Positions 17,601-25,670 of a stretch of DNA of 64,000 nucleotides are shown in pieces. The notes beneath the pieces are model-generated. The model saw nothing but the letters and a program-made list of their open reading frames with translations. It ran no database searches and was not told the origin of the DNA. The translations under genes and the position numbers were made by a program. Origin of the DNA: an uncultured Bdellovibrionales bacterium. Lineage in GTDB: Bacteria; Bdellovibrionota_C; UBA2361; SZUA-149; DAOLCO01. The number at the start of each line of letters is the position of its first letter. The stretch's first letter is position 1. The stretch is from the NCBI GenBank assembly GCA_964612555.1, contig CAZTBW010000004.1, forward strand, positions 123,713 through 187,712, given 5' to 3'.

Positions 17601-18683
17601 CTACTTAGGTGTAAAATCAGTACGAGAACTGATTTTCATTATTGTTTCGGCAATCAATCTGGAAGCCATTTCGAGGTCTTTAAGATCAACTACTTCGACA
17701 GAAGTGTGCATATAGCGGTTTGGTATTGAAATCAGTCCGGTTGCCACTCCGGCTCTGGTAACCTGAATGACATTGGCATCTGTACCAGTGCCTCTTGGCG
17801 CTGCATATAACTGAACCGGTATTTTCTTTTTCTTCGCCGTATCCCGCACGATATGTTCAAGAATGGGGTTGATATTGGGTCCACGAGCAATCCCCGGTCC
17901 TTCACCAAGTTTCATCGTTCCTATAGATTTCGCGTCTGCACCCGGATTATCGGTTGCATGAGTAACATCGACTGCTATCCCCACATGAGGGTCTATGCCA
18001 AAAGCCGAGGTCTGCGCCCCACGAAGCCCGATCTCTTCCTGCACCGTGCTGACAGAAAATACCCCTACAGGGAATTTCTTCTTCTCCTTACCTTTTACTT
18101 TAGATGCAAGAAGACGAAGCGCCTCCATTACCACAAATGCACCCACCTTATTATCACAACCCGGTGCGGCAATAAGGGATGAACCCAACTTTCTAACCTG
18201 AAGATCAAAAGTGACCGCATCACCATTTGAAATACGTTTCCTTACCTCAGCCCCGTTTTTTGCACCTATATCAATCCATACTTTTGAAAAATCAACCGGC
18301 TTTCCCCGCTCGGCTGCCGTGGTGAGGTGCACAGGCTTATGTCCGATTACTCCCGTAACAGGACCATCCGAGGAATGAACCACCACAGGGCTTCCGGGAA
18401 GCACTACCGGGTCAATACCACCGATCTGATTAACGTAGATATATCCACTATCATCAATATGATGCACCATCATACCAATCTGATCACAATGCCCCGCAAG
18501 CATAACCCTGACCCGAGCCTCAGGGTTAAACGAGGCAACAAGGTTCCCGTGCACATCAATCCTGATATCATCCGCAAACGGAGCCATTCTCTTTTTTATC
18601 TTCTTTTGAATTTTTTGTTCAAACCCCGAAGGTGAAGGGGTTTCAAGTAGCTCTTCTAAAAATCGATATGACTCTTTCTGCAT
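17601..18683 (-). CDS. M42 family metallopeptidase (glutamyl aminopeptidase / FrvX-like)
   Basis: 360 aa; M42 family pattern incl. metal-binding His/Asp blocks (HCDQIG, GAQT...). Confidence 0.8.
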   Translation of the reverse strand: MQKESYRFLEELLETPSPSGFEQKIQKKIKKRMAPFADDIRIDVHGNLVASFNPEARVRVMLAGHCDQIGMMVHHIDDSGYIYVNQIGGIDPVVLPGSPVVVHSSDGPVTGVIGHKPVHLTTAAERGKPVDFSKVWIDIGAKNGAEVRKRISNGDAVTFDLQVRKLGSSLIAAPGCDNKVGAFVVMEALRLLASKVKGKEKKKFPVGVFSVSTVQEEIGLRGAQTSAFGIDPHVGIAVDVTHATDNPGADAKSIGTMKLGEGPGIARGPNINPILEHIVRDTAKKKKIPVQLYAAPRGTGTDANVIQVTRAGVATGLISIPNRYMHTSVEVVDLKDLEMASRLIAETIMKISSRTDFTPK

Positions 18684-18689
18684 AATTTC

Positions 18690-20153
18690 CTATTCCAGAT
18701 TTTCAGTAATAACATCAACCCATTTAAATGAAGCCGGATACTGGCTCGTCCCAATCTCACTGATTCCTATTGGAGGTTCTCCATTCTTTTCCTGCGGCTT
18801 TTGCATACCCAGACTTGAGATATGGATGAAAATATCAGACGTAATCTCAGTTTTTGCAAGATTTTTCTTTTGACTTCCTTTTTGACTCTTTAAACTCTGT
18901 CCCGCAGAGGACTTCCCGGTGGATGTTTTTGAGGCAAAATCATATACTATCCCGAACAGGGTTTGTGGTTTTCGTTCAAGTTTATCATTATCACAGGTAA
19001 AAACTCCTTCCTCTTCTTTCATCTCATCACTGGTATAAAACCTGCACGCAGCATCAGAAAGAAAATCTTCCATTTGCAGTTGCCCGGAAAATACCTGGTA
19101 CGCCGGAGAATTTCTGGATTCCCAGATCGAACCAAAAAGGAGGATACGCTCATCCGGTTCATTCTTTGATCTCTTAGCTGAAAGTTCGTTCAGTGCCGAT
19201 GTCATTTGAAGAAGGTAAGGATGGGAAGGTAAAGAAGCAAGCTTCCTGAAATTTCTGAAATCAAATATAAAAAATCGCATCTGCTGAGGAGTGGTGGCTC
19301 TCAAATCTTCAAAAACCATCTCAATCGGGGCATTTACAAGATGCTGCTCTTCAAAAATGCCGCCTCTTCGTAAAATCACCGACTGCATTTCTTCCACTTC
19401 TTTAAGTTGGAACACTGCGGGGTTATACATGTAAGCAAAAAACCCCATACCCTCTGAAGTACTGACCCCGTACTTCCAGTTTTTTTCATCAAAGCGTTTT
19501 ATGAGAGACGCCGTCTTGGTCATAAATTCATGCGCCTTTGTTTTGGTTCTCGAAACCAGACCGGTCATTGCCACAAAATCACAATTCACCACCCCGACTT
19601 CACGCACAAAATTTTTCCATACTCTGCTTACAGAATCTCCGGGCTCCTTTGAAACCCTTGCCACATCCGAGGGAAATCCCAGGCTGCTAAAAGACCCCAT
19701 ACAGAGACGCGCAGTAATTGGCACACGCTCTTTTGTCCCAATCATTCTTCTTGCTTTTTCATCCTGCTCACGACGTACCCGTTTTTGTACAATCCTGGCT
19801 TTTTCTATTCTTTTCAGCTCTATCCTTGAAAGTACCGATTTTTTAAACACTCTGCCCGCAGTCGATACTCTTTTCTCAACCGCACTCTCATCACTATCAT
19901 CAAAATCCTCAAGAAGCGCTTTATACACCTCCCGTTCCTCTTCAATCAGCTCCCTCCTCCGTAACTCTCTTTGCTCTCTTTCTTCGTTTGAAAGATCATC
20001 CGATTCCAAATCCTGTTCAGATTCTGTTGCCGATTGTTCCTGCTTAAGGGGTTTCTTTACAATCCAGGCATCAAGGGGAACTTCCTCTTCAGCACCAGCC
20101 GGGAAGACAAAAAGAAGAAATATACAGAAAAATATGACTCGTATCTTAAGCAT
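18690..20153 (-). CDS. secreted hypothetical protein with charged coiled-coil N-terminal region
   Basis: Signal peptide MLKIRVIFFCIFLLFVFPAGA; Glu/Arg-rich repeat region; start overlaps coaD stop. Confidence 0.45.
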   Translation of the reverse strand: MLKIRVIFFCIFLLFVFPAGAEEEVPLDAWIVKKPLKQEQSATESEQDLESDDLSNEEREQRELRRRELIEEEREVYKALLEDFDDSDESAVEKRVSTAGRVFKKSVLSRIELKRIEKARIVQKRVRREQDEKARRMIGTKERVPITARLCMGSFSSLGFPSDVARVSKEPGDSVSRVWKNFVREVGVVNCDFVAMTGLVSRTKTKAHEFMTKTASLIKRFDEKNWKYGVSTSEGMGFFAYMYNPAVFQLKEVEEMQSVILRRGGIFEEQHLVNAPIEMVFEDLRATTPQQMRFFIFDFRNFRKLASLPSHPYLLQMTSALNELSAKRSKNEPDERILLFGSIWESRNSPAYQVFSGQLQMEDFLSDAACRFYTSDEMKEEEGVFTCDNDKLERKPQTLFGIVYDFASKTSTGKSSAGQSLKSQKGSQKKNLAKTEITSDIFIHISSLGMQKPQEKNGEPPIGISEIGTSQYPASFKWVDVITENLE

Positions 20154-20679
20154 CCTGCATCCTGATTTTCTCTGAAAACCGTCTTGCAACAACAGGTGGC
20201 ACCATACCGGAAATATCACCGCCATTAAGGGCGACATTTCTCACCACGCTTGAACTGATGAATGAGGTTTTTTCTGAAGTAACAAGGAAAATCGTTTCCA
20301 CATCAGACGAGAGCATTCGGTTAGTATGCGCAAGCTGAGTCTCATATTCATAATCCGATACCGCACGAAGCCCCCTGATTATGACCTTGCTGCCACAGTG
20401 CCGCACAAAGTCCACCAACATCCCCGAAAACGATTCAACCGCCACTTGCGAAATTACGGCAGGATTGGATACTTCATGGAGCGCTTCTTTTATCAGATCA
20501 ACTCTCTCTTCAGTTGAGAAGTAGGGATTTTTCATACTCGTTCTCGGACCACCCGTGGCAACCGCAACACACACACTTTCAAACACCCTGCACGCTCGTT
20601 CTATCACGTCGATATGACCATTGGTGACCGGGTCAAAAGTCCCCGCATATATCGCTTCGAATTTATTTTTCTTATTCAT
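20146..20679 (-). CDS. coaD: phosphopantetheine adenylyltransferase
   Basis: GTFDPVTNGH nucleotidyltransferase motif at N-terminus; 177 aa. Confidence 0.9.
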   Translation of the reverse strand: MNKKNKFEAIYAGTFDPVTNGHIDVIERACRVFESVCVAVATGGPRTSMKNPYFSTEERVDLIKEALHEVSNPAVISQVAVESFSGMLVDFVRHCGSKVIIRGLRAVSDYEYETQLAHTNRMLSSDVETIFLVTSEKTSFISSSVVRNVALNGGDISGMVPPVVARRFSEKIRMQDA

Positions 20680-21247
20680 TTTTAAGTATCACTATAGCGG
20701 TTTGAGAATAATTTCTGATTGTATGAAGGGACATACCCTTTTGATTTATTTCACCCATGTCCCGAGATATCAATTCAGACTCCTTTATATCACACTCATA
20801 GACCAGCATTCCAGAGGCAGCCAATATACAAGAATCAACTATCGAAGATACCAGCCTGGATAAACTAACCGTAGTATAGGGGGGATCTGCAAATATAATA
20901 TCAAATTTTTTCTCATTTTTCCCCAGAAACGACTCTACCGTACCATGAACAGCCAGAACCAGATCACTTATATCCAGATCTTGCGAAGTAGCATTGATTA
21001 CGTCAATACAATTTTTACGCTTTTCCACAAAACATACCGAAGAGGCACCTCTTGAAACAGATTCAAAACCATATGAACCGGAACCTGAATACAGATCAAG
21101 AACCGCAAGTCCTTCAAAATCTGTCTGACTCTGCAAGATAGAAAAAACGGCTTCACGCACCATATCCATACTGGGTCGAAGACCGGGAATGCCTTTGGGG
21201 GGAGGAGTAATTTTCCTTCCTTTAAATACACCACCTGTTATTCTCAT
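20672..21247 (-). CDS. rsmD: 16S rRNA (guanine966-N2)-methyltransferase RsmD family
   Basis: SAM-MTase with ADPPY motif; conserved rsmD-coaD gene order. Confidence 0.8.
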   Translation of the reverse strand: MRITGGVFKGRKITPPPKGIPGLRPSMDMVREAVFSILQSQTDFEGLAVLDLYSGSGSYGFESVSRGASSVCFVEKRKNCIDVINATSQDLDISDLVLAVHGTVESFLGKNEKKFDIIFADPPYTTVSLSRLVSSIVDSCILAASGMLVYECDIKESELISRDMGEINQKGMSLHTIRNYSQTAIVILKNE

Positions 21248-21362
21248 AGTCTCTCAAGGCTCAAGAAATACGCTCCTGCATACTGATTAATTTGTTTGCC
21301 ATATATCAGCACTTCATGTAGATAATTCTCCATAAATCCAATCTTCAGTCATCATAATAACT

Positions 21363-21677
21363 ATGTCAAAAAAAACCTCTGATCTTTCACTTTCACTTGC
21401 CAGAAGAGAAAAACGTCTTCGGTACTGGTACGACTGCTTACTGAAAAATGGAACATCCCTTGATAGTACTATCAAAGAAAGGCTCGGAAAACTCCTAAAG
21501 GATTTCAGAAGCACCCTGGCAAAATATGCAACCTCTGAGGATACCGATCACAGTAATACTAATCACAGTAATGAATATGAGAACACTCTTTCCAATATCG
21601 AAAGAGAACTGGACAGCACCTTTGAGTCCAGGCGCTTAATGACTTCCAAAATTGGGGTTCCAGCCGTAGGAGATTAG
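21363..21677 (+). CDS. hypothetical small protein (uncertain)
   Basis: 104-aa ORF in 580-bp gap upstream of tRNA-Lys; competing minus-strand ORFs; no motif. Confidence 0.2.
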   Translation: MSKKTSDLSLSLARREKRLRYWYDCLLKNGTSLDSTIKERLGKLLKDFRSTLAKYATSEDTDHSNTNHSNEYENTLSNIERELDSTFESRRLMTSKIGVPAVGD

Positions 21678-21832
21678 CAGATACCCTCTGAAGCCTCTCC
21701 CCGAATATAGGGGTTTTTAATAAATTTTTATAAAAATTCCAGTAGCTAACTGGACACAGGGTCAAAAAATCAATATAAAGGAACCTCTTCAGGTCTTTTT
21801 TGATCGTAAATGATTGATTTTTTTACTTTTTT

Positions 21833-21905
21833 GGGGCGTTAGCTCAGTCGGTAGAGCAGCAGCCTTTTAAGTTGCGGGTCACTGGTTCGAATCCAGTACG
21901 CCTCA
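21833..21905 (+). tRNA. tRNA-Lys (anticodon TTT)
   Basis: GGGGCGTTAGCTCAGTCGGTAGAGCAGCAGCCTTTTAAGTTGCGGGTCACTGGTTCGAATCCAGTACGCCTCA; cloverleaf with GTTCGAATC T-loop, anticodon loop CTTTTAA. Confidence 0.9.
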
Positions 21906-22009
21906 CTCATCAAAGTAATCGTCTGTTTTTGGCTATCTTTGTCTCACATCTCATTACCCTATATAAATTATCATTTTATATAAACTTCCCACCTGACGAT
22001 CAATAACTC

Positions 22010-23452
22010 ATGGGGAAATATAATTCTTTTGACTTATTGGTTATCGGGAGTGGTCCCGGGGGACAGAAAGCAGCGATACAGGCTTTAAAGCTTGGAAAAC
22101 GTGTTGCCGTTATCGATAAAAATCCCGCACTTGGTGGAAACTGTCTTCATGATGGTACCATTCCAAGCAAGTCTTTCAGAGAAGCGATCATGCACCTTTC
22201 GGGATATCGGGAGAGAAGCCATTACGGACAGGCGTATCGGGTAAAACAAAATATAGAAATGAAAGACCTTACTGACAGAACTGAATCCATCAGTAAGGAC
22301 ATAGAACAAACTATCAGATCTCAATTACTCAGAAACAAATCTGAACTCATTACCGGTCTTGCTTCTTTTATTGATCCAAACACCGTGCGTGTAGCACATG
22401 AGAATACCGAAAGAATAGTTGAAAGTGAAAAAATAGTAATCGCTACCGGCACAAGTCCATGGAGACCCGACTCTTTTGAATTTGATGGAAAAATAATACT
22501 CGACAGTAACGATATTCTCAGGATGAAAAGGATACCGGGCTCACTCACCGTAGTTGGTGGTGGAGTTATTGGGTGCGAATATGGCTCCATGTTTTCAGCA
22601 CTTGGGGTAAAGGTTTCCATTCTTGAACAACGCGATTCCATTCTAAGTTTCCTCGATAAAGAGATCGTAGATTCACTGACCTATACCCTGCGACAGCAAA
22701 AGGCAGTAATCATAACCGGAGATAAAGTGCTTAAGTGCTGTATCTCTCCTGATGGTCGGGCGGTAACGTATCTTGAGAGTGGCAGAAGAATAGTAAGCCA
22801 GGTATTACTGGTTTCAGCAGGTCGTATAGGTAATGTGGAAGGCTTAAACCTCGATGCTATTGGCGTCGAAGCAAACGCACGGGGGCTTATTTCCGTAAAT
22901 ACCCACTTCCAGACTTCCCAACCTCATATCTATGCCGTGGGTGACGTTATCGGAGTTCCGGCACTTGCATCAACCAGCATGGAGCAAGGAAGAAAAGCAG
23001 CGTGCCATGCATTTGATCTTAACGAACACTATTTTAATATTCCGTTACCATATGGAATATATTCCATTCCGGAAATCGGGATGGTAGGCTCTACTGAAGA
23101 CGAATTAAAAGCTAAAAAGATACCCTACGAAATCGGGATTGCCCGTTTCAATGAGCTCGAAAGAGGAAAGATCATAGGTGACAGGCAGGGGGTTCTAAAA
23201 CTCCTGTTCCACAGAAATACGCTTCAGCTCCTTGGCGTCCATATCATTGGCGATGGTGCAACAGAAATGATTCACATTGGTCAAACCATTATGGGATTTC
23301 AAGGGGGAATCGATTATCTGGTAAATGCCGTATTTAACTACCCAACTTTAAGCCAGGTATATAAAACCGCCGCACTGGACGGGTGGAATAAAGTCGTTGC
23401 GAGCGATGGGCTTCCTGATGAAATTCCTTATATGGACATCGAGCTACACTAA
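22010..23452 (+). CDS. pyridine nucleotide-disulfide oxidoreductase, SthA-like (soluble transhydrogenase / Lpd family, single active-site Cys)
   Basis: VIGSGPGG FAD motif; GGNCLHDGTIPSK (second redox Cys replaced by Thr, as in SthA/UdhA); 480 aa. Confidence 0.7.
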   Translation: MGKYNSFDLLVIGSGPGGQKAAIQALKLGKRVAVIDKNPALGGNCLHDGTIPSKSFREAIMHLSGYRERSHYGQAYRVKQNIEMKDLTDRTESISKDIEQTIRSQLLRNKSELITGLASFIDPNTVRVAHENTERIVESEKIVIATGTSPWRPDSFEFDGKIILDSNDILRMKRIPGSLTVVGGGVIGCEYGSMFSALGVKVSILEQRDSILSFLDKEIVDSLTYTLRQQKAVIITGDKVLKCCISPDGRAVTYLESGRRIVSQVLLVSAGRIGNVEGLNLDAIGVEANARGLISVNTHFQTSQPHIYAVGDVIGVPALASTSMEQGRKAACHAFDLNEHYFNIPLPYGIYSIPEIGMVGSTEDELKAKKIPYEIGIARFNELERGKIIGDRQGVLKLLFHRNTLQLLGVHIIGDGATEMIHIGQTIMGFQGGIDYLVNAVFNYPTLSQVYKTAALDGWNKVVASDGLPDEIPYMDIELH

Positions 23453-23453
23453 T

Positions 23454-23807
23454 CTAAAACATCCCCACACTTCCAAATCCCGCACTGCGACTCCTTCGCT
23501 TGGGCTGGAACTGCTTGGAGATTGACTTTGATGGGGGACGACCTATTGAATATCCAACATTACCCATCGGGGTATCATACTTCTTCACATACTTACCCCG
23601 AACCCTCATACCCTGCCACGAAGGATCGTGTCTGGGCATATAGGAAGGAAGATCATTCTGATACCTCTCCTGACGATACTCTCTGGGAAGAAGCCGTTTA
23701 TCAACAGGACCACCATGAAAAGCTTCCTGACCCACCGCCACAGGAACAGAAATCCCAAAAAAGACAAAAGAAAATATAAATCCTGTTAATCTCACGTAGT
23801 CCATCAC
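23454..23807 (-). CDS. small secreted protein, unknown
   Basis: Signal peptide; Pro/Arg/Tyr-rich 117 aa. Confidence 0.35.
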   Translation of the reverse strand: MMDYVRLTGFIFSFVFFGISVPVAVGQEAFHGGPVDKRLLPREYRQERYQNDLPSYMPRHDPSWQGMRVRGKYVKKYDTPMGNVGYSIGRPPSKSISKQFQPKRRSRSAGFGSVGMF

Positions 23808-23907
23808 GTAATTTATATATACGATACCTTAACACCGTTATGGTTCAATCTCCCGCAAATATATCAAAAATTCTCCAGAAAATAAATTCAATACAGCTAA
23901 CTAACGA

Positions 23908-24058
23908 AAATTATTTAGTTAACCGCAGATGGACGCAGATAAATGCGGATAAGAATAAAAGAATATCTAACAAGCTGCACACCCCTGCAAACACGCACAT
24001 TAAATCAATCCCCCCTTTTTTTCCCATCTGCGTTTATCTGCGTCCATCTGCGGTTAAT
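23908..24058. repeat. inverted repeat with triple 10-bp-spaced GCAGAT iterons in each arm (MITE-like or regulatory)
   Basis: TTAACCGCAGATGGACGCAGATAAATGCGGAT (23908..) and its reverse complement CCCATCTGCGTTTATCTGCGTCCATCTGCGGTTAA (..24058); 26 bp perfect, ~100-bp spacer. Confidence 0.6.
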
Positions 24059-24163
24059 AACAAAAATTACATTTATAGCTGTAATTTTTCCGTCATATAT
24101 TACAATAATATCTATAACTACTTGAATTCAATAAAGATTTTGTTTATAGAAAATCGTCTTGTG

Positions 24164-24227
24164 CAATTAGGCGATTTAGGCGATTATTTTATAATCGATA
24201 ATAAAAATTGCATAAATCGCCTAATTG
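24164..24227. promoter_or_regulatory. perfect 15-bp inverted repeat in leader of AlbA_2 gene (candidate operator/attenuator)
   Basis: CAATTAGGCGATTTA (24164..24178) ... TAAATCGCCTAATTG (24213..24227), 34-bp AT-rich spacer with central ATCGAT; ends 15 nt before ATG. Confidence 0.45.
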
Positions 24228-24242
24228 ATTAGGGGTAAAAAT

Positions 24243-25580
24243 ATGAAATATCCAGGAAGAGAGGGTCGCCAGCTTGAATTTAAGGAAACACTGGAATCGT
24301 ATTCTAACCTTATAAAAACAGTTGTTGCGTTTTCTAATGACATTGGTGGAAAGATACTTATTAGGATTGAAAATAAGACAAATGAGGTTATTGGTCTAAG
24401 CGAGGCTGAAATAGATATTTATCTTGAGCGGATTCCCCAAGCTATTTTTGATGCCATCACTCCGACGTGCAGACCTTTAGTCAGAGTCTTTTCTTATCTT
24501 GGTAAACAGTTGGTCGAAATAGTTGTTTCTCAAGGGTATTCCAGACCTTTTTATGTCAACTCTTTGGGATTACAGAAGGGTACTTATATTAGAGTTGGTG
24601 CTCATACAAAACTCGCTGATAGCAGCTTTATTGAGGAGCTGGCAAGACAAGGTCTTGGCAGGTCTTATGATGAAGAACCTGTAGCCCCCTCAGAGCAGGT
24701 AGAATTTGATGTAGAGCTTTTAAAAGAACTATATCATACGACTTCGCCCAAGAACGAACAGCTATTAGCAGATAAAGTCTTAGTCGTAGATAGAATTACT
24801 TCGGAGCTAAAGGTTTCTGTTTCCGGGGTGCTGTTCTTTGCAAAAAATCCTCTTTTTTATATTCCACATTCTGAAATTTTACTTACCGTTCATTCGGGTA
24901 ATGAGATTGGAACTAAATTCAAGACGAAAGATTTTTCAGGCACTCTTGAGGCAATGCTTGAGTTTACAATGACTGAAATAGAGAAAGAACTTGTTGTTGA
25001 GCAAAGTGTTAAAGGGCTTACGCTTGAAACGCAAAAACTTGAAATTCCGGGCAATGCCCTAAGAGAGGTTTTGCTGAATGCTCTTATTCACCGAAGTTAT
25101 GACATAAAAGACAATATAAAAGTTAATATATTTTCCGATCGAATAGTCGTGTTCAGTCCTGGTAACTTCCCTGGACCTATCACGGACTTTCTCTCAGGTG
25201 TTTCCTACGCAAGAAACCCTCATTTACGGCAACTTGCAAGAAGAAAAGGTCTTGTAGAAAAAAGAGGATTAGGATTTCAGATTCTTTTCAGTAGCCTGAA
25301 AGCAAATGGTAACCCCGCCCCCTTAATTGAAGAAAAAGGCTTAGGTGTGTACGTAACTTTGTTCAGAAACAGGGTAACAAAAGAACAAATTCTACCAGAT
25401 CATTTACAAGCTCTTGAGTCCCTACGGGAGCAAAAGCTCAGCTTCCAGACTGGCGAAGTAGCAGAACTGCTCAAGGTAAACAGGAACACCGCAAGAAAAT
25501 GGTTAGAAGAGGCTTATGAAAAGAAAATAGTCAGAAAAACAGGAAAAGGTCGAGGAGCGAAATGGGAATGGAATGTATAG
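24243..25580 (+). CDS. AlbA_2 (Schlafen-like divergent AAA) + HATPase_c_4 + C-terminal HTH protein (so-called RecG-C-terminal-like transcriptional regulator)
   Basis: N-terminus REGRQLEFKETLES...VVAFSNDIGGKILIRIEN (AlbA_2/PF04326-like); C-region with HATPase-like NALIHRSY motif; ATG at 24243 with AGGGG RBS (ORF track uses TTG 24225). Confidence 0.65.
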   Translation: MKYPGREGRQLEFKETLESYSNLIKTVVAFSNDIGGKILIRIENKTNEVIGLSEAEIDIYLERIPQAIFDAITPTCRPLVRVFSYLGKQLVEIVVSQGYSRPFYVNSLGLQKGTYIRVGAHTKLADSSFIEELARQGLGRSYDEEPVAPSEQVEFDVELLKELYHTTSPKNEQLLADKVLVVDRITSELKVSVSGVLFFAKNPLFYIPHSEILLTVHSGNEIGTKFKTKDFSGTLEAMLEFTMTEIEKELVVEQSVKGLTLETQKLEIPGNALREVLLNALIHRSYDIKDNIKVNIFSDRIVVFSPGNFPGPITDFLSGVSYARNPHLRQLARRKGLVEKRGLGFQILFSSLKANGNPAPLIEEKGLGVYVTLFRNRVTKEQILPDHLQALESLREQKLSFQTGEVAELLKVNRNTARKWLEEAYEKKIVRKTGKGRGAKWEWNV

Positions 25581-25670
25581 CGATAGTAAGGTGGAAAGTA
25601 TCAAGGGTGCACCTCGGGTATAATTTCTCCCCTGCGCCCCTTTAGTTGCTTAGTGGAACTTGTCCTTATT

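Noticed and set aside
19501-20175. 224-aa Ser-rich ORF antisense to the secreted coiled-coil protein. Similar antisense ORFs lie inside asmA (32756..33223), nadA (48026..48607), fumC (52716..53264) and the HDOD gene (55164..55538)
   Set aside because: They lie opposite to strongly supported genes and have biased low-complexity composition that mirrors the codon bias of the sense strand. No independent signals support them.
23840-24232. 130-aa and 60-aa ORFs in the AT-rich gap upstream of the AlbA_2 gene
   Set aside because: They span the inverted-repeat and iteron element, have low-complexity translations (Asn/Ile-rich) and no RBS. They are more likely non-coding regulatory or MITE-like DNA.
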